This document shows positions 9,360 to 19,901 of a stretch of 64,000 nucleotides of DNA, piece by piece (the first letter of the stretch is position 1; each line of letters opens with the position of its first letter). Position numbers and translations under genes: made by a program. Source of the DNA: Gemmatimonadales bacterium (GTDB taxonomy: Bacteria; Gemmatimonadota; Gemmatimonadetes; Gemmatimonadales; GWC2-71-9); assembly GCA_965249575.1 (NCBI GenBank), contig OZ252244.1, positions 3,328,001 to 3,392,000 on the forward strand. The letters run 5' to 3'. A model generated the notes under the pieces. It was not told where the DNA came from, ran no database searches, and saw only the letters and a program-made list of their open reading frames with translations.

Positions 9360-9607
9360 GCCAGGAATTCCTCGGGGGAGTCGGACAACGCCCCGGTTGG
9401 TGTTACCATCAAGTGCAGGAACGTAAGTACAAGATCTCGGTCACGCCGTAGCACCGCTAGTGCGCAACCCGCCGATCTTATCAAGGCTGATGCCCGATGA
9501 CCACCGGGGATCGACAAAGACCTCTACCTCACGGCAACGATCCGCGCGCCGCAAGGCGCGGGCTCTCTGGCCCTGTGGCTGGCCGCGTCCTTGGCGGTAC
9601 GCCGCGG

Positions 9608-10123
9608 TTAGTTGCCCGAGGGCCCAAAATTGGAAAAGTGTACGTGTACGATCTTCCATTCGTCGTCGTGCCTTTCCAGGACGAGCGTGAATGCCCTGGG
9701 CGGGGTTGGCTGAAACTGCTCGCTCACATCACGGGGGGTATCGACCGGGAGGATGTTGGTTCTGTAGCGATAGAAGCTGGCAATCGCCACTGATCCATTG
9801 CCATAGAACTTGATCAGGCGGTCGCGGTCCTCAGTGAAGATCCGGATGCCAGGAAAGGCCTCTTTGAGTCGGTCGAATTCAGCTTGCTGAATCCGCATGT
9901 TCGCGTCCTGGTCGGTGCGGCGTCCGAGACCCTGCCGAATCCAGACGCGGTCTCGTGTCATTAGCTCTGCCTGAGCGATCATGTTCATCGCGTCTGAATT
10001 GGCTCCGTAGACGTCGATGAGCTGGTTGATGGCATCGATATCTGCCTGGTCCTGTGCGTTGACAAGGCTGGGGACGCTAAGGCCCACGACGAGGGCGACG
10101 ATACCGTGCAGGAGCGTTCTCAT
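9608..10123 (-). CDS. Secreted NTF2/SnoaL-like protein
   Basis: Signal peptide; C-terminal TLVLER..EWKIVHVHFS. Confidence 0.8.
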   Translation of the reverse strand: MRTLLHGIVALVVGLSVPSLVNAQDQADIDAINQLIDVYGANSDAMNMIAQAELMTRDRVWIRQGLGRRTDQDANMRIQQAEFDRLKEAFPGIRIFTEDRDRLIKFYGNGSVAIASFYRYRTNILPVDTPRDVSEQFQPTPPRAFTLVLERHDDEWKIVHVHFSNFGPSGN

Positions 10124-10420
10124 GGTGACTTCTCCTCCACTGCAAGAGTTCGCGAGAGATCTCAGAACGGGTTCGGCTCAACGGGAATGCGGGCGGTGAG
10201 CTGATATCCCTCGGCCGGTGACGCGGTTGCCTTGTTCCAGGGCCCATGATACGGACCGACCCTGCATCGGACCAGGCAACGCCCACCGAAGCATTCACCG
10301 CCGTCCCCCAAAAAGACAGGACCGTCGCTCGCATCTTTAGCCTATCGGGGTCGCCGTCGAAAGCCCGTTAGTGTGGGCCCATCCCGGGGAAACGCCGTAG
10401 CCCGGCGATCCTGACTTGTC

Positions 10421-11107
10421 TCACGCGCCCGTATGTTCTGGGTTGCGCCACACGGTCACCCCCATGGCGACCATCCAGACCCACCAGGCCACGATGCCAA
10501 GGAGGCTGATCGGCTCCAGTACCGAGGCAACGGGAACCAGCAGCGGGAGCCACCCTCCCACGATCGCCGCGAAAACACCGATCCACGCGACCCACCTCGG
10601 CGCGAGCGAAGTGCGCGGGATGGCGAGAGAAAAGAGCAGGACGCCGATACCGACGACGAGGACAGGCCCGACCAGGTCACCCATGTACGCGAACCTGTTG
10701 AGCGTGTCCCCTACGACTGCGAGCGCCTCCTTCGTGCCCTCCGACGCGGCAACATACGCGGGCGCCAACTCGTAGATTACCGCCAACCAAACGAAGGGGC
10801 GGTAGATGAGTAGGAACGCGCCGCCGACGAAGGCGGCCACGGCGACCCACATCAAGGAGCCAACCTCACGCAGCGCGTGGAAGAAGCTCAACCCGGCCAC
10901 GGCCAGCAGAACGGGAAGGAGGATTAACAGCCACGCGGCCATGGTGGCGTGGGTCGATTGCTCGGCCAGAATCGGTAGCAGCTCGGTCGCGCCTTCTGCC
11001 TCCATCATCCCGGGGATGGTGCCGAGCAGGACCAATAACCCGGCGAGCCCGATCGCGTAACTGACGGCGCAGACGGCGCCGACGTGCCGCAAGGTGATTT
11101 TGTCCAT
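10421..11107 (-). CDS. Multi-pass membrane protein (DUF4386-like)
   Basis: About six TM helices, PRWVAWIG motif; start MDKITL with a GAGAGG RBS. Confidence 0.7.
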   Translation of the reverse strand: MDKITLRHVGAVCAVSYAIGLAGLLVLLGTIPGMMEAEGATELLPILAEQSTHATMAAWLLILLPVLLAVAGLSFFHALREVGSLMWVAVAAFVGGAFLLIYRPFVWLAVIYELAPAYVAASEGTKEALAVVGDTLNRFAYMGDLVGPVLVVGIGVLLFSLAIPRTSLAPRWVAWIGVFAAIVGGWLPLLVPVASVLEPISLLGIVAWWVWMVAMGVTVWRNPEHTGA

Positions 11108-11628
11108 GGCCTCTCTTTTCGTTCGAGATGTACGCCGCTCCCTCCCTCGCTGGCTTTGATCCAACCGAGCATCGGTGCGTCGGGGTGCATCCGCTCCGCC
11201 CCGCAATCTACGCATGGTCGTTCGACGAGGAAGCGGCGCGAACTGTCTGGCCGACATGTCGAGGCGCCACCCCCTGACCGCATGCTGTGCCATCATTCCG
11301 CGTACCAGCTTCAGCCGCTCGGCGTGGTCGCGCGCTCGCGCGCGAACCGAGCCGCCGGAACGCGCCGGAATAGCGGTTCCGGAAGACTCGCGCTCAACGA
11401 TGAAAGGTGGGGGGCGCTGGGAAACGCGTAGCTTTAGCAGCGCTCTGCTTGTGGGAGAATCAGTCAGCGAAACGTGCGAGGCCGCGGGCTAGACTCGAGC
11501 TATTCGTGCGACAATCATAAGGGACGACCCGGTGGGGACATGATCCCATAGTCGGCGGAGTTTGTCGGTCGCATTTGACAAGAAAACCGAGGTTGTACGC
11601 TCGTCGGTCATCACCGGAGGATTTATCC

Positions 11629-12535
11629 ATGCCAATCGAAACCGACCGTGACTTTGTTGGCTACGGGCCGCACCCACCCCACCCACGGTGGCCCGATGGT
11701 GCGCGTCTCGCGCTCAACTTCGTCATCAACGTTGAGGAAGGCTCGGAGCCATCCATCGGCGATGGCGACGGGTACTCCGAGTCCAGCCTCACCGAGATGC
11801 CTGATTCGCCCGTGCCTATCGGTGAGCGCGATCTCGCGGCCGAATCCATGTTCGAGTATGGCAGTCGGGTGGGATTCTGGCGTTGTCATCGATTGTTCAG
11901 TGAACGTGAAATGACGCTCACGATTTTTGGCTGCGCGCTCGCGATGGAACGCAATCCCGCCATCGTCGCGGCCATCAAGCAATCCGGTTACGATGTCTGC
12001 GCCCACGGGGTTCGCTGGGTCAATCACTGTCTCCTGGATGAGGACGAAGAGCGCCGCCAAATTTCCGATGGAGTCGCCCGTATCGGGGTGGTGATGGGCG
12101 AGCGGCCGCTGGGCTGGTATTGCCGCAGCACCCCCAGCGTCAACACGCGGCGAATCCTCGTTGAGGACGGTGGATTTCTGTACGACTCGAACTACTACGG
12201 CGAAGAGCTACCTTTTGGGTCGAGCACCACGGTAACCAACATCTGGTGATTCCCTACACCCTCACCCAAAACGATTCCAAGTTCGCTCGCGGCTGGATTG
12301 GCACGGGAGCCGATTTCTTCGAGTTTCTGAAAGACTCGTTTGATATGCTGTACGCCGAAGGCAAGACACGACCCAAGATGATGTCAGTGGGTCTACACCC
12401 GAGGCTGGTGGGTCACCCCGGTCGGCCAGCGGGTTGGCGCGTTTTCTGGACCATGTCAAAGAGCATGAGGACGTGTGGGTGTGTAGACGATTGGATATTG
12501 CGCGGCACTGGATCGAGAAGTTTGCGCCCAGCTAG
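11629..12535 (+). pseudogene. puuE: PuuE-type allantoinase / polysaccharide deacetylase family, two frameshifts
   Basis: RDFVGYG..WPDGARLALNFVINVEEG, ESMFEYGSRVG, PKMMSVGLH, DIARHW; single-base losses near 12215 and 12425 (possibly read errors). Confidence 0.75.
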
Positions 12536-12701
12536 GTCGTCATCGAGAAAATTCTCGGCTATGGGGAACCCCTAGTGATCGTGGCGTGACGCCCGTCTAT
12601 TCTGTGGGTCTGGACGCTCCGCTCGACCAACCCCGGAGATTTCGATGAAACGCACCACCAATCCGATCACCACTAAAGAGCTGACACTGGGCTTGAACAC
12701 G

Positions 12702-13853
12702 ATGAATGACATGACTCGGATCATCACACTCGCACTCGCCCTCGCCTTCCCCGCGGCACTCTCAGCACAGACGACTGCTCGCCTGTCGCTCGACTGGCAG
12801 TCCCTCTCTGACATGGTTACGCGGCAGATGGCCCTCGAGCCCGGGGAACGCGTGTTGCTGGTCGCGCATCCTGACATGTTTCAGGATCTCATCGGTCCTT
12901 TGCGGCGGGCGGTAGCGGTGGCGGGCGGCATCGATCTCGGGGTGATCGACGTGCTGGCCGGGCCGGCCCCGCCGGCTCCAACGATGGACGCAAGTCGAGC
13001 CGCACTCCGTCAAATGTTCCGGGCGGTCGACATCGCCGTGATGTTGCCCGGTGCGACCACCGCTCATGCGCCGTACCTTGCCATACAAGACCTCCTGCGC
13101 GAAGGTCACGGTCGCGCGATCCATTTTCACTGGTTTGACGACGGAAGCATTTCCCCCGTTCTGGGCCAGCCGGTCCCGCCGTTCGTGGTTGTGGACGCCG
13201 TGTATCAACGAGCGGTGCTCGAGACCGATTACGCCGCTCTCGCCGCGCGTCAAGTGGGGTTTGCGGACGCCATGCGCGATGCTGAGATCCGTGTCACGAC
13301 CCGCGCGGGCACCGACCTTCGCTTTCGAATCGGCGATCGGCCCGTCAACATGCAAAACGGAGACGCCTCCGCCGCGCGTGCTGTCCGCGGGACGATCCTA
13401 GTCGACCGGGAAATCGAGCTACCCGCTGGCGCGATACGCGTCGCCCCCATCGAGGAGTCGGTCCACGGCACCATCGTCTTCCTGGTTTCGCAGTGGAGCC
13501 TCCGACCGGTCCAGAACCTCCGCCTCCGTATCGAAAACGGTCGGGTCGTCGATGTCGAGGCCGAGTCCGGACGGGAGTTTGTCGAGCGCGAAATGAACCA
13601 AGCCGGCGACGCCGGACGAGCGTTTCGGGAATTTGGGCTCGGCTTCAACCCGCTGCTGGCGATCCCGGCAGACCGTCCGTGGATACCCTATTATGGATAC
13701 GGCGCCGGCGTTGTCCGCCTCTCCCTGGGAGATAACTCCGAGTTGGGCGGCCGAGTCACGGGGGGATACGTACGGTGGAACTTCTTCACCGACGCCACCG
13801 TGCGCGTTGGCGACGTCGTGTGGGTTCAGGACGGGACGCTGGTCGTCCCCTAG
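12702..13853 (+). CDS. Secreted aminopeptidase-like protein (M29/AmpS-like fold)
   Basis: Signal peptide; GTDLRF, ELPAG, REFGLGFNP, SLGDN..LGG motifs. Confidence 0.65.
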   Translation: MNDMTRIITLALALAFPAALSAQTTARLSLDWQSLSDMVTRQMALEPGERVLLVAHPDMFQDLIGPLRRAVAVAGGIDLGVIDVLAGPAPPAPTMDASRAALRQMFRAVDIAVMLPGATTAHAPYLAIQDLLREGHGRAIHFHWFDDGSISPVLGQPVPPFVVVDAVYQRAVLETDYAALAARQVGFADAMRDAEIRVTTRAGTDLRFRIGDRPVNMQNGDASAARAVRGTILVDREIELPAGAIRVAPIEESVHGTIVFLVSQWSLRPVQNLRLRIENGRVVDVEAESGREFVEREMNQAGDAGRAFREFGLGFNPLLAIPADRPWIPYYGYGAGVVRLSLGDNSELGGRVTGGYVRWNFFTDATVRVGDVVWVQDGTLVVP

Positions 13854-13889
13854 CGATCTGGGCCCATCATCACTTCAGTGGAGCTTTCG

Positions 13890-14420
13890 ATGACCTGCCA
13901 GGCAAGGAGTCGGGTGGCCATTTTCGCCGCGCTCTCGCTCGCCGCAGTAGGTGGATGTGCCTCACCCAGTCACCCGCCGTTTCCGGAGGACCAGCGCGCC
14001 GCAATCGCTGATACGATACGCCTGTTGGGTCAAGGACGGATGGACGCGGCTAACCGCCGGGACGGGGCCGCGATCATGACCTATTATGCCGATGATCCCG
14101 AGCTGGTGTGGGCGGAGGAGGGGGATATTTACACGTCCCGCGGGTGGATCGCCGAGGAGGTGGTAGCACACTACGCGCGGCTCCGTGAGATGCACGGTAC
14201 CTGGGACTCAATGCGGGTCGCCGTGTTGTCCCCGAACGCGGCCGTACTCACCGCTACCTATCGTGCTACATCCACCAACACCACTGGTGAGACGCGGTCG
14301 TCGCGCGGCGCCAGAACACTGGTTTTCAGCCGCGTCGACGGTGTGTGGAAGATCATCCACACCCACGAGTCCCATCTCACTCCACCTACGCCCTCACCAG
14401 CCAACCAGGACGCGCGCTAA
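13890..14420 (+). CDS. NTF2/SnoaL-like lipoprotein
   Basis: Lipobox-like AVGGC; TLVFSRVDGVWKIIHTHES. Confidence 0.8.
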   Translation: MTCQARSRVAIFAALSLAAVGGCASPSHPPFPEDQRAAIADTIRLLGQGRMDAANRRDGAAIMTYYADDPELVWAEEGDIYTSRGWIAEEVVAHYARLREMHGTWDSMRVAVLSPNAAVLTATYRATSTNTTGETRSSRGARTLVFSRVDGVWKIIHTHESHLTPPTPSPANQDAR

Positions 14421-14583
14421 CCGATCCTTCCGCCACCCGTGTTGAAGAGAACTCGGTGCAGCGTCGGCTCAATGCGCGGTGTAGCGCGGTGAACCCGTAT
14501 CCAACGCGTCACGCTCACGTTGACTCCGTAGACGAGCGGGTAGGCAACTACCTTTGAGCGAGGGGGCGATGGCTCGGCCGACC

Positions 14584-15069
14584 TCACTGCTCCGGAAGCC
14601 ACGCGAAAACCTCCATCTCGTATCCCTCGGGATCCGTGAACTGCACCGAGCGCACTGGAGTGTCTGTGCCGTCGCTCGGCGGCTCGGTCACATTGACGCC
14701 GCGTGACTCCAGCAGTGCAAACCATCGGTCCACGTCGTCCAAGTTCTCCACTATGAGGCTCACGCCGGCGGTTTTGCTGCTGAGGGAGCGATTCCCACCG
14801 CCCAAAACGTCGATAATCCCGACCGCCGCCGACGGGGTGACGGCGAACACTCGAACCTGCGGTCGGTAGTACGTTTGTTTCAACCCTAGCGTCTCGCCAT
14901 AGAAACGAGCGGCCCGATCGATGTCTTGGTAGTACAGGAACACGATCGAACCGGTCAGTGGTGGCGCATCGCCGGGTGATACCGACTGGGCCGACACCTG
15001 TGGCACCCCGAGTGTTGCGTTAAGACCAAAAGCGCACGTGAAGACCATCGCGCCGAGGTAGCGCATCAT
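14584..15069 (-). CDS. VOC/glyoxalase family protein with signal peptide
   Basis: DIDRAARFYGETLG and FTDPEGYEME motifs. Confidence 0.85.
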   Translation of the reverse strand: MMRYLGAMVFTCAFGLNATLGVPQVSAQSVSPGDAPPLTGSIVFLYYQDIDRAARFYGETLGLKQTYYRPQVRVFAVTPSAAVGIIDVLGGGNRSLSSKTAGVSLIVENLDDVDRWFALLESRGVNVTEPPSDGTDTPVRSVQFTDPEGYEMEVFAWLPEQ

Positions 15070-15289
15070 CCACCTCCTTCCACCGATCCGGATTAGGTAT
15101 TGGTCAGTTTAATAACTCATTGAATCGAGCCGACGAGCGCTCTTGGTTGAAAGGCACGCGCTGAGCATGTTGCGCCCGCTTCGTCTTCATCCCACAAGCG
15201 CCCGATCCGAACGCTATCTACGATGGCCACCACCTCCAAGCCGTCGCGGTCCTCCGGACACTATGCTTGCGGATCCCTAGCCAGCTTAC

Positions 15290-15505
15290 GGGCCGCGCTG
15301 CACGTTAGATGTATGGCTTGCGCCCGCGGGCTTGAGGCCCTCGGACAGGCACTTGGACACCTGTTTCCCACAGTGCGGCGGCGATGGAGACGACATCGGT
15401 TTGTCGATCGCGATGAGTGATACGACCGGTCCGAGAACGATCGCTTCGCCACGACTCACCGTCTTGATAGCGTGAAGCACCTGCTCCGATCCGTCGGCGC
15501 CCGGT
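15290..15505 (-). pseudogene. Degraded NarL/LuxR response regulator remnant
   Basis: EQVLHAIKTVSRGEA resembles the end of a NarL receiver domain; a decayed HTH-like stretch follows. Confidence 0.45.
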
Positions 15506-15521
15506 CTATTCACCGGGCTCC

Positions 15522-15911
15522 TTGATGGCCATCGATGACGAGAGCTTCGAGAAGCTCACGATCATGATCCGGACGGATCTGGAAGAAGCGGGGACAGTCC
15601 CGCTGAACGATACCGCTCGCGTCGTCGTCGCCTATTCCAGAGGCGGTTCCGCCTGGCCCGCGGGGGCGTGCTTCGGGACCTCGACCGACGGAACACTCCG
15701 GTACCGCCGTTGGCCGTTCGGGCGAATCCGGTTCGACGTCTCTCTTGAGGTCAAGGCGGTGAGCGGCCGAACCTACTGCGACGGTCATATCAGAAGGAGC
15801 TTGATCGTTCGACCGCGATCCCTCGCGTCTCTGTCGCCCTGGCTGGGTGGCTGTCCCGCGGAACACATATATGCTGAGACTTATCGCCGTCGCAGACGAT
15901 GCCGCACCTGA
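15522..15911 (+). CDS. Hypothetical protein
   Basis: 129 aa ORF with no recognised motif. Confidence 0.35.
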   Translation: MMAIDDESFEKLTIMIRTDLEEAGTVPLNDTARVVVAYSRGGSAWPAGACFGTSTDGTLRYRRWPFGRIRFDVSLEVKAVSGRTYCDGHIRRSLIVRPRSLASLSPWLGGCPAEHIYAETYRRRRRCRT

Positions 15912-15965
15912 TGCCCGCAGTTGCCACCTTCCCGCGTGGCGCCGTTCCTGTCAAATCCTACGAGC

Positions 15966-16802
15966 TCAGTGACTGTGCTCGGCGTCGGGGTACTTGCCGT
16001 TCCGAATCTCCTCTGCGAACCGCGACACCGCGTTCCGTACGGTAGACCCCAGCTCCGCATACTTCTTGAGGAACTTGGGCTTGAAGTCCTCGTTCAGGCC
16101 CAACAGGTCCGGTAACACCAGCACTTGTCCATCACATCCGGGCCCGGCGCCGATTCCGATGGTCGGGATCGACACCGCCTCCGTGACGCGCTGCGACACC
16201 GAGGCCGGCATGAGCTCGAGGACGATCGAGAACACGCCCGCCTCCTCGAGCACCCGCGCATCGCCGATCAGGCGGTCCTCCGCGGACTGCTGCTTCCCCT
16301 GAATCCGATGACCACCCAAGGTGTGCACCGATTGCGGGGTGAACCCGAGGTGGCCCATGACCGGGATGCCGGCTTCGACGAGGGCGGCGACCGTCGGCCC
16401 CACGGATTTGCCGCCCTCCAGCTTCACGGCCCCGGCTCCCGTGCGTTTCAGCACCCGGCCGGCATTTCGGAGCGCATCCTCGACCGAGACCTGGTAGCTC
16501 ATGAACGGGAGATCGACGACGACGAGAGCACGCGTCACACCGCGGCTGACCATACTGCCGTGGTAGATCATCTGCCCGACCGTCGCCGGCAGCGTCGTGT
16601 CGTGACCGCCGAGTACGGTCGCTACCGAATCGCCCACCAGAATAACGTCGACTCCGGCTCGGTCCACGAGCGATCCGAAGAGCGCATCGTAGGCCGTCGT
16701 CATGACGATCTTCTCGCCACGCTCCTTCATGGCCACGACGTCCAACACGGAGACCGGGCGGCCTTCGCCGGATCGCTTGGGCTTACCGATGGTCTCAGGC
16801 AT
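15966..16802 (-). CDS. panB: 3-methyl-2-oxobutanoate hydroxymethyltransferase
   Basis: TAYD, LVGDS, DLPFMSY, VKLEGG, MGHLGFTPQ, IGIGAG..CDGQVLV. Confidence 0.96.
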   Translation of the reverse strand: MPETIGKPKRSGEGRPVSVLDVVAMKERGEKIVMTTAYDALFGSLVDRAGVDVILVGDSVATVLGGHDTTLPATVGQMIYHGSMVSRGVTRALVVVDLPFMSYQVSVEDALRNAGRVLKRTGAGAVKLEGGKSVGPTVAALVEAGIPVMGHLGFTPQSVHTLGGHRIQGKQQSAEDRLIGDARVLEEAGVFSIVLELMPASVSQRVTEAVSIPTIGIGAGPGCDGQVLVLPDLLGLNEDFKPKFLKKYAELGSTVRNAVSRFAEEIRNGKYPDAEHSH

Positions 16803-17035
16803 CAGTCCGACGTCGGAAAGAGGCGTTCGCCGGTGTCGGCGTCCTCGACGTGGATGGCGCTCGTCGGGCAATTGGAGGCTGCTTCGAGAATCTTCTCCGG
16901 GCTGTCGCCCGAGGGATCAATCACCTCGGACTGCCGGCTGGCATTGTGTGCGAACACCTTCGGGGCCGTTTCGAGACACATCGCGTTGCCAACGCACGAT
17001 CCGTGATCGACCCGGACACGTACTCTGCGCGTCAT
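16802..17035 (-). CDS. Ferredoxin (single cluster, P450-associated type)
   Basis: CVGNAMC...CP motif; overlaps the P450 stop (ATGA) and the panB start. Confidence 0.9.
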   Translation of the reverse strand: MTRRVRVRVDHGSCVGNAMCLETAPKVFAHNASRQSEVIDPSGDSPEKILEAASNCPTSAIHVEDADTGERLFPTSD

Positions 17036-18270
17036 GTATCCTCCTTTGTCCACGACACCGGAAGTGACTTGAGGGACCGGAATTGAAGGCTCGGCTGGTA
17101 TTCGAGCTTGTTCGTCTCGAGAGTGAACCGAGAGAAGCGCTCGGCCAGTGCACGAAAGACTTCTTGTCCCTCCATCCGCGCCAACGTCACTCCCAAGCAA
17201 TAGTGCGTCCCGGAGCCGAACGCGATATGCGGATTTGGGTGGCGGCCAATGTCGAAGTGGTCGGGCGCTGAGAAGACATCGGGATCGCGATTGGCCGCTG
17301 CGATGATCCAGCGTATGCGGTCGCCGCTCCTGATCGTCTTTCCCCTGAGCTCCACGTCCTGGGCCGCGACCCGCTGTGTCGATTTGACCGGCGGGTCGAA
17401 ACGTAAGCACTCCTCGACCGCCGAGCGTGCCAATCCAGCGGGATCGCCACAGAGCTGCTCCCATTGCTCGGGATGACGAATAAAGGCAAGAAGACCGTTA
17501 CAGATGAGATTCATCGTCGTCTCGTGGCCGGCGAATAGAAGGAGGGCCGTATTCACGAGCACCTGATACCGGCTGAGGACGCCGATTTTCTCTCCCTCAA
17601 CGAGCACCGAGATGAAGTCATTCGTTGAACGTTCCAGTCGCTCTTCCACGAGCGGTGTCGTGTACTTGAGAAGGCCCTGCATGCCCTCCGTCAGCACCCG
17701 GAGCCGATAGGACTCCCCACGATTGGCCCACAGAATCTTGTTGGCGAGTTCCCGCAAGTGATCGCGATCTTCGTATGGGACGCCCATCATTTGCGCGATC
17801 ACGCGCACGGGCAGCGAAGCCGCCAGATCGGTGAGAACATCCATCCGACCGCGAGGCTCGATGTCGTCGAGGAGCTCCGTGACCGCATCACGCACGAAGG
17901 GCCTCCATGCATCAATTTTGGTGGGGGTGAAGTACTTGTGCACCACCTTTCGCATATCGAGATGCTCGGGCCGGTCCTTCTCGACCAGCTGCTCGGCGCG
18001 GAAGCGTTTCACGTCGTCGTACAATGGCACGTCTTCGGGATCAACCGGGGGGTACGGAGGCTGGGTCGTCGTCTTGATGACCGCCGAGGAGAACAGCTCG
18101 TGGTGTCGTAGGAGCCAGACGATATCCTCATACCTCGTGACGACCCAGAGGTTGAATCGCTCGTTCCAGTGGACGGGATCGGTTGCCCGGAGGTGCGCGA
18201 AGTACGAAAACGGATCCTGGTTGACCTCAGGAGCGAACAGGTCGTCGAGATTAGCGATGCGCATGGCCAT
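17032..18270 (-). CDS. Cytochrome P450
   Basis: AGHETT I-helix, EECLR (ExxR), FGSGTHYCLG heme motif. Confidence 0.96.
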   Translation of the reverse strand: MAMRIANLDDLFAPEVNQDPFSYFAHLRATDPVHWNERFNLWVVTRYEDIVWLLRHHELFSSAVIKTTTQPPYPPVDPEDVPLYDDVKRFRAEQLVEKDRPEHLDMRKVVHKYFTPTKIDAWRPFVRDAVTELLDDIEPRGRMDVLTDLAASLPVRVIAQMMGVPYEDRDHLRELANKILWANRGESYRLRVLTEGMQGLLKYTTPLVEERLERSTNDFISVLVEGEKIGVLSRYQVLVNTALLLFAGHETTMNLICNGLLAFIRHPEQWEQLCGDPAGLARSAVEECLRFDPPVKSTQRVAAQDVELRGKTIRSGDRIRWIIAAANRDPDVFSAPDHFDIGRHPNPHIAFGSGTHYCLGVTLARMEGQEVFRALAERFSRFTLETNKLEYQPSLQFRSLKSLPVSWTKEDT

Positions 18271-18614
18271 CAGGGTTCTCGTGGCCTGGTCTTCGAAAAG
18301 GCACGCGAGCAATCTCTGGCATCACACCTCAAGTTCCGGCCTACTGCATGGGTTAGGGACGCACGCACTAGGTATTCGAAGCGCTGCCGCCGCGGGCCAC
18401 ACGGTTACGTATGTCCAGGGCGGCGTCGCACCGCGTGGTGGAGAATACCCACCAGAATACGCTGCGGTGGCGCTGGCCGTCTAGTACGAGCACCAAAACG
18501 GTTATGCCGAGAACCTCCTCAAAGACCGCCTCCGGCCTACCAATGCTGGGCCTCCGCTCAAGTCCTGAGATCGATGAGCCGATAGGGGGGGAAGGACTTG
18601 ATCCAGAGGCAGTG

Positions 18615-19574
18615 ATGAACCTCTCGAGTGTTGGCTCGTTGGCGCCGCAGTTTGCTCAACTGTACCCCGGAACCCTGACGGGTGTGGGGGCCGGGGCGAG
18701 TCGCCTGCCCGGATTGAGCAGCAGCCCATACGGCGTGCGAGTCGACAGGGTGGAGCTTAGTGCGATCGTGGTCAGTGTGTCCAAGACGGTCGTGAGCGTG
18801 TCCCCCGGGGGCCCCATTCAGAGCCAAGTGGATGAGCTGCAGTCTGCCCCGTCGGCGCTCGAGAGCCTACGAGCCGTGGTCGAGGCCGAGGTGGCGAGCG
18901 GCGGTTTGTCGGAAAGGGCTGGGGATTTTCTTGGCCGGATCTTCGATCGCGTGGCGAAACTCGTCGACCACGGGCGACCCGGCCGGGCGATTCACCGACT
19001 CGGACACCTCGTCGATCGAATCGAGCACGCGGTGGACAAGGGCAGGCTGTCTCCGGAGGTCGGTCAGCGACTCGTCGAGGCGGTGGACGCATTGATCGGG
19101 GAGCTCGATGCTGCGCCGACGAAGGCCGGCGGTGTATTCGAAAAGATTGCTGCGACGATCCGGGGCCTAGTAGAGGACGGAATCCTACCACCGGAGTTCG
19201 GCGAAAGGATCGAGCGCGTCCTCGGCCACGTGACGCGTTTTCTTGGAGCCGCGCGAAACGACCACGAGGCCAACAAACACCCCGAGCATCTGGGTCCTGA
19301 TGCGCTGGGCGGCGGGAAGCCCTTCGATGAAATTCAGAAGGGGATCGGCCAGCTCACCGGCGGGGGAGCATCGCTTGAGGAATCAACTGAGGCTGTGGTA
19401 GTCGGGGAAGTCGGGGCAGACGAGGATATAGAGTCGGAAGCCGACCATGACGGCGACGAACGTATCGAGATCGACGACGAACACTCCAGCGCCCAGCCGG
19501 TGACGGAATCCGCCGGCGCATTGATGTTCTTTGCGGAGATCAGGATGGGGTACGTTTCCACTTCGGTTAGCTGA
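18615..19574 (+). CDS. Hypothetical protein with a helical FIMAH-like central region and an acidic tail
   Basis: Long ORF with a GAGG RBS; amphipathic helices; start uncertain. Confidence 0.55.
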   Translation: MNLSSVGSLAPQFAQLYPGTLTGVGAGASRLPGLSSSPYGVRVDRVELSAIVVSVSKTVVSVSPGGPIQSQVDELQSAPSALESLRAVVEAEVASGGLSERAGDFLGRIFDRVAKLVDHGRPGRAIHRLGHLVDRIEHAVDKGRLSPEVGQRLVEAVDALIGELDAAPTKAGGVFEKIAATIRGLVEDGILPPEFGERIERVLGHVTRFLGAARNDHEANKHPEHLGPDALGGGKPFDEIQKGIGQLTGGGASLEESTEAVVVGEVGADEDIESEADHDGDERIEIDDEHSSAQPVTESAGALMFFAEIRMGYVSTSVS

Positions 19575-19901
19575 GTCCGGCCACTCGCCATCGAGGGTTC
19601 GCGACCCCGCAGTTCGATTAATCCCTCTCACACGTTACCGCGCTCGTCCAACAGCCGCGTTCCGCGCAGTCCTGGGGCATGCGCTCGCCAGATCGCCCCG
19701 GTTTCGGGCTCTTTCTTGTTCCTAGGTCACTAGCTGCCGTTACAGATCCAACGCTCCAATTCGGCCACTCGGTGCGGCACTGGGTCTTGCGACGCACCGC
19801 CTCCCGGTCATATTGACGCGATGCGCCGCAGGCTTCTCGGCGCGCCAGCGATGAACGGCAACACTCGCACGGCCAGACGCCTTCTGGAGGAGGTCGCTCC
19901 G

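Noticed and set aside
10231..10247. Possible sixth tRNA remnant (ttccagggcccat)
   Set aside because: Only about 11 nt match the acceptor end, with no T-arm, anticodon arm or flanking arm; compatible with chance.
11300..11380. Possible integron attC site (cagcttcagccgctcg and nearby GC hairpins)
   Set aside because: No paired RYYYAAC/GTTRRRY boxes and no intI in the window.
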